A DNA stretch of 25,624 nt from Promethearchaeia archaeon (lineage in GTDB: Archaea > Asgardarchaeota > Lokiarchaeia > Sigyniarchaeales > SOKP01). A model generated the notes under the pieces. The model searched no databases, was not told the DNA's origin, and was given only the letters and a program-made list of their open reading frames with translations. Positions 1-7,139 of this stretch are shown here, piece by piece. Made by a program: the position numbers and the translations under genes. The DNA lies in assembly GCA_046483985.1 (NCBI GenBank), contig JAWOCD010000058.1:1-25624 (forward strand), written 5' to 3'. Every line of letters begins with the position of its first letter. The first letter of the stretch is position 1.

Positions 1-199
1 TTTTCAAAAAGACAAGTAATATCGTAGAGAAAAAGAATAAGAGGCCCAAAACCTTATCATCCAACGCTAAGTTGAGCAAGTCCAACATATAGATGGATTC
101 TACTAGTCTGGGACTCAATTCGATGAAAAATAGAAATGTAATGCTTAAAACCGCAATTTTTGAATAGATGGATTTGGAAATTTCTATTAAATCAGACAT
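1..199 (-). CDS. Partial (N-terminal 66 codons) membrane protein running off the left edge; not in the ORF track
   Basis: Manual translation from ATG at 199 gives MSDLIEISKSIYSKIAVLSITFLFFIELSPRLVESIYMLDLLNLALDDKVLGLLFFFSTILLVFLK with no stop and two hydrophobic stretches. Function cannot be assigned from this fragment. Confidence 0.7.
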   Translation of the reverse strand, partial: MSDLIEISKSIYSKIAVLSITFLFFIELSPRLVESIYMLDLLNLALDDKVLGLLFFFSTILLVFLK

Positions 200-252
200 A
201 TTATAAGAAAGTACAAGCACATATATAACGATTTTTAATATAAGGAATGGAA

Positions 253-300
253 TTGAAGTCTCCCCGCCCTAAAGGGCGGTGTTTTCTTTTGCCGTCTATG
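253..300 (-). mobile_element. 48-nt single-hairpin IS200/IS605-type mini-element, copy A
   Basis: Minus strand reads TTTAT|CATAGACGGCAAAAGAAAACACCGCCCTTTAGGGCGGGGAGACTTCAA. Hairpin CCGCCC-TTTA-GGGCGG, ends in TCAA, TTTAT target at 301-305. 265-305 matches 21691-21731 at 40 of 41 nt. Confidence 0.8.
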
Positions 301-527
301 ATAAAAATCTACAGATCCCCAAGTACATAAGAAAAAGTTTAACAGAGCAAGATTTAGAGAGAAAGCAATTATCCACATATCATGATCTAATGAAAGAGCT
401 ATTTCCAATAACACTCTGGGGAGACATATGTATTTATTGATTCCCGTCTTATTTATACAAAAATTCATTTGAAGTAAAACATTATTTATTTTATATAGAA
501 TATCAACTCACTTGGGTTAATTCCCTA

Positions 528-2390
528 ATGGAAAAAGTTTACTTAGTTGATTACGATCTCTGCACATTACGATTTTGTAATCGAATTTGCATTCAAAAAT
601 GTCCCATCACACTTTCTAACAAAAGAAAGAAACAGCATGAGAAAAAAGATGAAGTACCAATTTATCTAAAGAAATCGACAGAACAGATACGAATTAATAA
701 CGAAATCTGTTTAAAATGCGGTGCTTGTGCAAATGTATGTCCGAATAGTGCAATCTACGTAAAACATCTTCTCGATGAACCCAATAATCTCGAGCCCACC
801 CATCAATATTCGGGTGCAGAGAAAGGATTTAGACTTTATAATTTACCAACTCTAGTAGCTGGACAAGTTACGGGGTTATGTGGTCCAAACGGAATTGGAA
901 AAACTACGGCATTAGATATTCTTGCGGGAAAATTAAAACCTAATTTTGGAGAATCAAATAAAAAGGACTCTGATATATCATGGGAAACGGCAATTAATAA
1001 CGTAAAAGAACGAGAAATGCGAAACCATTTCATTGCATTATCACGAAATGAACGCAACGTTGCCTATAAACATCAAGTTCTTAAGATCTTATTCCAAAAA
1101 TACAAAAATCAGCAAGTGCAAAATATTTTAAACGCAGAAAACGAGGTAAGTAATGAATTTTTTGAAAAAATCTTGAATCATTTAGATATCAATTCAATTG
1201 CTAACCGGAAGCTTACACAATGTTCTGGGGGTGAATTACAACGCTTCGCTATAGCATCTACTCTAACAAAAGAAGCGGACATTTATATTATAGATGAACC
1301 TTGTACTTTTCTCGATGTGAGAAAAAGAATAGATCTTGCTCGTTTATTCCGAAAACGAGCACAAGGATTTGATCAAGAAAGACCATGTCCTGTATTAGTA
1401 GTAGAGCATGATCTAGCTATATTAGATTATGTGTCCGATATTATTCAACTTTTTTATGGAATACAGCACAAGTTTGGAGTTATATCCAGTCCCATTACAG
1501 TTAAGCAGGGGATAAACTCCTATCTAAACGGATATCTCCAATATGAAAAGCTACAATTTAGAGATACAAGTTATAAATTTCGGAAATCCACCACCGGACG
1601 TCGATGGAGTAACGCCAAAATATTCGCTAAATTCGGAAAAATGTCGAAAACTTTCGATTCCTTTAAACTTGAAGTCGAACCCGGTATCATTTACGCCACT
1701 GAAATTTTGGGAATTGTTGGGGAAAATGGCTGCGGAAAGACTACTTTTGCAAGGATTCTTGCCGGCGATTTAGAGCCTGATTCCAGCTCAGAATATCACG
1801 GTATTCCGGCAGCGGTTTCCTATAAACCCCAATATATTACCCAAAAGTCTGATCAAAGAGTGAAGGATTTCATCACCGAACGATCATATAATTATAATTT
1901 CTCACCTGATTTCATACAATTGCTCTATAAACCATTGGGTGTGGATAAGCTTCTCGATCATAGAATTTCAGGCTTGTCGGGTGGCGAATTACAGCGCGTA
2001 TACATTTGTGCTTGTTTGGCAAAAAAGGCTGATCTTTATATTTTAGACGAACCATCCGCGTATTTGGATGTGGAAGAGCGCATAAAGATTGGGCAACTGA
2101 TTCGAACCATCAGTAAAAAGTCGAATGCCGTGGCAATCGTGATCGAACACGATCTTCAGATCGCAGATTCATTAATAGATAGACTATTATTATTCAAGGG
2201 AAAACCTGGAGTGTACGGTAAAACAGTTGGTCCATTGACTAAAAAAAAAGGAATGAATGAATTTCTCAAGATTTTGGATATCACGTTTAGAAGAGATCTA
2301 AAAACGGGACGGGCAAGGTTAAATAAAAAAGGCTCAAAAAAAGACAGAGAGCAAAGAAAAAAGGGTCATTGGTGGGGAATAAAAGATTAA
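528..2390 (+). CDS. rli: ABCE1/RLI ribosome-recycling ABC ATPase with N-terminal 2x[4Fe-4S] domain
   Basis: Cx4Cx3Cx3CP (CTLRFCNRICIQKCP) and Cx2Cx2Cx3CP (CLKCGACANVCP). Two ABC domains: GPNGIGKTT/SGGELQR/IIDEP/VEHD and GENGCGKTT/LSGGELQR/LDEPSAYLD/IEHD. C-terminal hinge TFRRD..TGR.R.NK..S..DREQ. Confidence 0.95.
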   Translation: MEKVYLVDYDLCTLRFCNRICIQKCPITLSNKRKKQHEKKDEVPIYLKKSTEQIRINNEICLKCGACANVCPNSAIYVKHLLDEPNNLEPTHQYSGAEKGFRLYNLPTLVAGQVTGLCGPNGIGKTTALDILAGKLKPNFGESNKKDSDISWETAINNVKEREMRNHFIALSRNERNVAYKHQVLKILFQKYKNQQVQNILNAENEVSNEFFEKILNHLDINSIANRKLTQCSGGELQRFAIASTLTKEADIYIIDEPCTFLDVRKRIDLARLFRKRAQGFDQERPCPVLVVEHDLAILDYVSDIIQLFYGIQHKFGVISSPITVKQGINSYLNGYLQYEKLQFRDTSYKFRKSTTGRRWSNAKIFAKFGKMSKTFDSFKLEVEPGIIYATEILGIVGENGCGKTTFARILAGDLEPDSSSEYHGIPAAVSYKPQYITQKSDQRVKDFITERSYNYNFSPDFIQLLYKPLGVDKLLDHRISGLSGGELQRVYICACLAKKADLYILDEPSAYLDVEERIKIGQLIRTISKKSNAVAIVIEHDLQIADSLIDRLLLFKGKPGVYGKTVGPLTKKKGMNEFLKILDITFRRDLKTGRARLNKKGSKKDREQRKKGHWWGIKD

Positions 2391-2440
2391 TAGCGTAGAA
2401 ACAAATTTTCGGTTTCAAAATTTATGTTCGATTCTCCTCA

Positions 2441-2458
2441 AAAACAAAACCCTTTATA
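2441..2458 (+). promoter_or_regulatory. Putative archaeal promoter (A-rich BRE region + TTTATA) for a likely leaderless transcript of 2481..4454
   Basis: AAAACAAAACCCTTTATA; TATA at 2453-2458 lies 22 nt before the ATG and no SD sequence is visible. Confidence 0.45.
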
Positions 2459-2480
2459 GTTACTTCCTTTTTTTGTATTT

Positions 2481-4454
2481 ATGGTTTCGGTTAGAAAAGT
2501 CTTGTTAATCCCCTTTTTTCTTGGAATTGGATTAGTGGGAGAAGCTTTAATTTTTAGATTCTTTTTAATTTCCCCATATAGGGATTTTATTGGGACATCA
2601 GAGGGAATTGTACGTTTTAATCATTCGGTCATAATACTCATTTTCTTAAAAGGCTTTTTCTGGCTCGGAATTACCTTGATTGCAACCACTATATTTTTAT
2701 ATCTCATGTTTAGCCTCAATCCAGAAAGAGTTTTGGATCTTGCTTCAAACAAAAATAAACCATTTATTCTGATTCTTTTAACTTTAATCATTATTGTCAC
2801 TTATTTAGTTATATATCCGCCATTCTGGGTTCTTGGAATAATTTCAACTCTTATATTATCGATCTTACTTTGGTCTCAAACAAATATATTTAAAACAGGA
2901 AAAAATAGGGTTAAATCACTCACAGAAAAAGTAATAACTACAATTTCTAAGAAAAAGGTCTATTCATATTCATTTTATGGTTTTATTGGTTTTATCTTCT
3001 TTTATTTATTGGTACCCCTTCCGATACAACCGAGTAACCTTCCAAACCATGCAGGTGAAAATTATATCCAAAACGGACGGGTTTATGACAAACAAAATAA
3101 TCAAGAAGTGAGATTGATGGGGTGGGATTACCATTGGGTTCATTTCCACGGACCAGGGGAGGCTTGGGATGATTCGGCCGAAATGGAGAGATTCGACCTT
3201 GAGACCATCCGGCAAGATTTAATATGGGCATCTCAAGCTGGTAATTTTATTAGAATTTGTGCTAATTGGTTTGAAATCGAGCAAGAAAAAGGAGTATATA
3301 ATTATTCTACGTTAGATGCTGTATTTAATCTCATCGAGAATGATCCAGAGATAAATGATTTACACGTTTTATTAGAAATAGGACCAATTAAAACGAGTAA
3401 AATATGGGTACAAGCGTCTCTGCCAAAGTGGTTTCCATATCGCATTGATTTACAAGACCCTCATTTCCTCGAGAGGATAAAACCATTTTTAAACAAAACA
3501 ATCGAGAGGTATAAAGACAAAGATTCCTTATTTGCATACCAGTTGGAAAATGAACCAGACTTTTTGGTAACCACGGTAACAGATAACGATGAAGATTATG
3601 TCATTACTGGGGATGTAAATCAATATTTAACACGGCTTAACAATTTCGTCAAAGAAAGAGATTCTAACCACTTTACTTCCATTAACTTATTGGTAAACAA
3701 TCTATATCAGCAGAAAAAACTGCCCCCCGTGGATATTATTTTTTATGATTATTACGGGTCTATTGAAAATACAGCGCCTTTGCAAGATTATGCGCGCAAA
3801 TACTCTCAATATATTACTGGAAATACGGGATTTGGAGTAGCAGAGTTACAATTAAATAATTGGCATTATGAGATTACCCCCGAAATAATAGAAGAAGAAT
3901 ATCAATCATGTATAGAATCGGGTATGACTATGATTTTATGGAGTGAATTACATGATCCAGTGTGGTGGGATGGATCTGCCATTTCACCCGATAATATGCG
4001 AACAGAGAAATATTATAAAGTTCAGGAATTATATCAAAAGTTTCAAAATGAAGAAATAAATAGCAGTTTACTAGTTCAAGCCTCCTTCGATTGGCTAAAT
4101 GTGTTAATCTTTTTTTCTGTTATATCTGCAATGATATTTGTCTATTATACTGGTGAGGTGGTACTAAATAAGAGAAATAGGAAATATGAAGAAGAAAATT
4201 ATCTAAATCTTATTAATCCAACTCTTTGCTTTATCATAATTCCTTCGTTGGTGATTATATTTCCTTATATTTCCAACATACTTTTAGTGGGGATAGGAAT
4301 TTCTCTATTGAATTTAGTATTTAGCCCGATAATAATGAGCAATATCTTTCATAATAGATTTAAAAGAATGAAATACAAAAAAATAAAAGCATTAATTTTG
4401 GCAGTAAGTGCATCTATACCAACCGTTTTGCTGGGAATCATCGGATTCTATTAA
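2481..4454 (+). CDS. Multi-pass membrane protein with central clan GH-A (GH5/GH42-like) glycoside hydrolase domain
   Basis: About 5 N-terminal and 4 C-terminal hydrophobic segments. Central TIM-barrel-type motifs: NFIRI..W.EIEQEKGVYNY..LD, YQLENEP (acid/base), DYY, VAELQ (candidate nucleophile). Confidence 0.75.
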   Translation: MVSVRKVLLIPFFLGIGLVGEALIFRFFLISPYRDFIGTSEGIVRFNHSVIILIFLKGFFWLGITLIATTIFLYLMFSLNPERVLDLASNKNKPFILILLTLIIIVTYLVIYPPFWVLGIISTLILSILLWSQTNIFKTGKNRVKSLTEKVITTISKKKVYSYSFYGFIGFIFFYLLVPLPIQPSNLPNHAGENYIQNGRVYDKQNNQEVRLMGWDYHWVHFHGPGEAWDDSAEMERFDLETIRQDLIWASQAGNFIRICANWFEIEQEKGVYNYSTLDAVFNLIENDPEINDLHVLLEIGPIKTSKIWVQASLPKWFPYRIDLQDPHFLERIKPFLNKTIERYKDKDSLFAYQLENEPDFLVTTVTDNDEDYVITGDVNQYLTRLNNFVKERDSNHFTSINLLVNNLYQQKKLPPVDIIFYDYYGSIENTAPLQDYARKYSQYITGNTGFGVAELQLNNWHYEITPEIIEEEYQSCIESGMTMILWSELHDPVWWDGSAISPDNMRTEKYYKVQELYQKFQNEEINSSLLVQASFDWLNVLIFFSVISAMIFVYYTGEVVLNKRNRKYEEENYLNLINPTLCFIIIPSLVIIFPYISNILLVGIGISLLNLVFSPIIMSNIFHNRFKRMKYKKIKALILAVSASIPTVLLGIIGFY

Positions 4455-4550
4455 GATTTCTTTAATATTTCTGGGAAAGATGACGTATTTCATGATAGTG
4501 TAACCGTTGTCTAAACATAATTAGTTTCAATAATTCGGGGATATAATAGA

Positions 4551-5828
4551 TTACTTAACTTTTCTTAGTCGATAAATCATATCCACGATAGTGGTGGACA
4601 TTCCGAGCCCTCTTTCTCCTTCACCTTCACCAGTAAGAGGATTATGATACTCATAAATACCATTTTTTTTATACATCTCCACCCATCTGTTTAATATTTC
4701 ATTCGCTAACTGCTTATAATTATGGTTCAGTAATCCCTCCATTACTAACCAGGTGGTACATGGCCAAGTGGGGCCCCGCCAAAGTAATCTTGATTCATGG
4801 GGATCAAAGGTGGGTTCACTTTTCGCCGTGGAAGGAACGGGATATTGCAACCAAAATTTTTCATGGTTTTTTAGATTTCTCACTACTTGTTCTAAAATAT
4901 TATGAGGAAGGTTATCCAATAAGAGAGGGAAAAGCGATTGGACCGTTTCGATTTTTGAAACATATTCTCCAGATGGAGTATGGTAAAAGGATACAAACTG
5001 TCCTTCCTTCTCGCTCCAACATTTATCGATAATTGCGGAGGAAAATTTCTCTTGTTTTTCTTTGCACATTGCGGCAAGGTCAGGATCAAATTTCCTTGCT
5101 AAATCTCCCAGTTCCCCCCAGCCCGCAGCATACACACTATTTAGGCCCACATCTTCCACATTAAAGTAATTCATCTCTAAAATCCTGCTTAAATCCCATT
5201 CAGCTTTCTTTTTATATTTCCGAAGCGCGATTAAAAATTTTGGATAAAGTTGCCAAAAACTCGGGTCCTCAACCCCCCAAACAGGATCATAGAGCGGGCT
5301 TGCATCGATCCCAGATTCCCATGGATGAATAATAGAGACCAGACCATCATTGTCAGGATCTCGGGCTTCTTCCCACCATTCAAAGTAATTGATTAATTTG
5401 GGCACAAATTCCTCTGATAAATCCTTATTTTTAGTGGCGTTCCATATTGCTCGGACTGAATAGGCCAACATAGGCATTTGAGTAATATCAGTATATTTCT
5501 CATTGGAATAGCCGAAAAGCTTGTCCTTCAATTTAGCAAATAGTCCTGAGTGGTTTTCCCAAAAGATCATCTCCGGAATAAAGCCATTCGGTTTCTGAAA
5601 TTGGAGCATCGTGCGTAAATCCTTAACAGAATTATTCACATTGCGGTGGGCCCAGACGATCATATGCCATCCTGAGTCCCATAACCACTGGGATGATCCG
5701 TACTTAGTATTCGCTGGTTTGTAAAAGTGGTAAGGAAGTCCCCATCTCTTCCCAGAGACTTCATTTGATTGCAAATGGTTATAACATGCGTCTATTATCT
5801 CATCAACAGTCTTATAAATATAGTTCAT
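4551..5828 (-). CDS. GH63-like (MGH1-type, mannosyl/glucosylglycerate hydrolase-like) glycoside hydrolase
   Basis: QWLWDS, TQMPMLA, HPWESGIDASPLYD, LWRGPTW and EYHNPLTGEG motifs of (alpha/alpha)6 GH63/trehalase-like enzymes. Confidence 0.85.
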   Translation of the reverse strand: MNYIYKTVDEIIDACYNHLQSNEVSGKRWGLPYHFYKPANTKYGSSQWLWDSGWHMIVWAHRNVNNSVKDLRTMLQFQKPNGFIPEMIFWENHSGLFAKLKDKLFGYSNEKYTDITQMPMLAYSVRAIWNATKNKDLSEEFVPKLINYFEWWEEARDPDNDGLVSIIHPWESGIDASPLYDPVWGVEDPSFWQLYPKFLIALRKYKKKAEWDLSRILEMNYFNVEDVGLNSVYAAGWGELGDLARKFDPDLAAMCKEKQEKFSSAIIDKCWSEKEGQFVSFYHTPSGEYVSKIETVQSLFPLLLDNLPHNILEQVVRNLKNHEKFWLQYPVPSTAKSEPTFDPHESRLLWRGPTWPCTTWLVMEGLLNHNYKQLANEILNRWVEMYKKNGIYEYHNPLTGEGEGERGLGMSTTIVDMIYRLRKVK

Positions 5829-6027
5829 ATCTTTAATTATTATATTTTTATGAATATATTAGTTAATTTTATTATAAATAATTCCACCACAAAAATCCTT
5901 CAAAAATAAATTTATTATGTTTCCAATTTTCATATTCACTAATTTGGATTTGAATCGAAATCCTTAAATCCAATCCTTCATACTTTAAAATAAGGAATGA
6001 AATTAGTAAAAAGGTGTATGTTAAAGG

Positions 6028-6429
6028 ATGAGTAAAAAAATAGGAGTAACCGCGTGTACAGGAATGAATAAAGTTGAAGGTACTATAGCTAGAATGGCGA
6101 TATATAAAATATTGGAGGATTTAAATCCCGAAGAATCAATTTTAATTTGTCTTCCAGCTTTAGCCGGCGAAGTAAAAGAAGACGTGGATTTTGTGAGAGA
6201 TTATCCAGCAATAATATTAGACGGGTGTGAAAAAAATTGTGCATTAAAAGTATTTAAAAAATTCAAGAGCAATATTAAAGATGTTTTTAATGTCTCCGAT
6301 TATCTAAAAAAACATCCAGATCTCCATCCAACTTCTATAATAGATATAGATGTCGATGGAGAAAAATTGGCAGAGATTATCGCAGCAGATATTTCCAAAA
6401 GGATTAATGAGGTGTTGGAAAATGAGTGA
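6028..6429 (+). CDS. DGC-domain putative zinc-binding protein, copy 1
   Basis: ACTG, ICLP and DGCxxxC conserved cysteines; AGGTG SD-like sequence upstream. Confidence 0.85.
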   Translation: MSKKIGVTACTGMNKVEGTIARMAIYKILEDLNPEESILICLPALAGEVKEDVDFVRDYPAIILDGCEKNCALKVFKKFKSNIKDVFNVSDYLKKHPDLHPTSIIDIDVDGEKLAEIIAADISKRINEVLENE

Positions 6430-6820
6430 GAAGGTTGCTATCGTTGCCTGCACTGGAATGGGAAAATCTTTAGCTTCGGTGGGACGATATGCAGCTCTTT
6501 ATCTAACGTCCACGCTTCGCCCCGAGGATACGATTAATGTTTGCTTTCCTTGTACCGTTAGTGAAGATGAAGATTCTTTGGATCTGCTTAAAAATTACCC
6601 CGTCATAATTATCGATGGATGTGCAGAAATTTGCGGTAAAGAAATTTTATCAAAAATAAATTCAAATATAATTGCGCATTTAAAAGTGTGGAAAATCCTC
6701 GGTAAACATCTTGATTTAAAACCAGAATCTAGAGTTGATATTGGTGAAAAAGGGAGAGAATTAGCGCTGATTATCGCAGAAAAGATTGCAGAGAGAATTG
6801 ATGAATATAAAGGAATATAA
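6422..6820 (+). CDS. DGC-domain putative zinc-binding protein, copy 2 (start moved from 6350 to 6422)
   Basis: MSEKVAIVACTGM aligns with MSKKIGVTACTGM of copy 1. DGCxxxC present. GAGGTG SD upstream and ATGAGTGA overlap with the upstream stop suggest translational coupling. Confidence 0.85.
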   Translation: MSEKVAIVACTGMGKSLASVGRYAALYLTSTLRPEDTINVCFPCTVSEDEDSLDLLKNYPVIIIDGCAEICGKEILSKINSNIIAHLKVWKILGKHLDLKPESRVDIGEKGRELALIIAEKIAERIDEYKGI

Positions 6821-6869
6821 TACCTTTTATCCATTTCCCAAAATAGTTATGTTTTAAGCGATGTGCAAT

Positions 6870-6955
6870 TTGAACTAGTACGACCTAAAGAGCAATGGAT
6901 CTTAATGCATCACAAACTGCTCGGCTACGTGCATGACTCTTATAGATTCAGAACT
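6870..6955 (-). mobile_element. Decayed IS200/IS605 right end with upstream structured segment (possible omegaRNA/reRNA remnant)
   Basis: Minus strand ends ...GATCCATTGCTCTTTAGGTCGTACTAGTTCAA, with the same 20-nt TTTA-to-TCAA spacing as copies B and C, but the hairpin arms pair poorly. Inner boundary uncertain. Confidence 0.45.
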
Positions 6956-7139
6956 TTTTGAACATTAGGAAAATTTCCTTAAAGAAAAATCTAGAATTTT
7001 TTCACTTCAAAAAGATGATATTCCGTTTTATACCTTTATAGTATAAATTTTAAATCCTTATTAGTAGTCAATTATTATTAAATCAAATGAAAATTACTAC
7101 AAATTATATTAATTTGAAATCAAAAGAGTTAAGGTAAAA

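Noticed and set aside
235-468. 77-aa minus-strand ORF and a 53-codon plus-strand frame (279-440)
   Set aside because: Both run through mini-element A, have no motifs and no clear SD; treated as spurious, although a gene remnant cannot be excluded.
6350-6421. N-terminal extension of DGC copy 2 given in the ORF track
   Set aside because: It overlaps copy 1; homology and the SD sequence point to ATG 6422.
6028-7139. Selenoprotein or SECIS signal around the DGC genes (Lokiarchaeia use Sec)
   Set aside because: All conserved positions are Cys codons. The TGA at 6427-6429 is a normal stop overlapping the next start. The downstream structure fits an IS end better.
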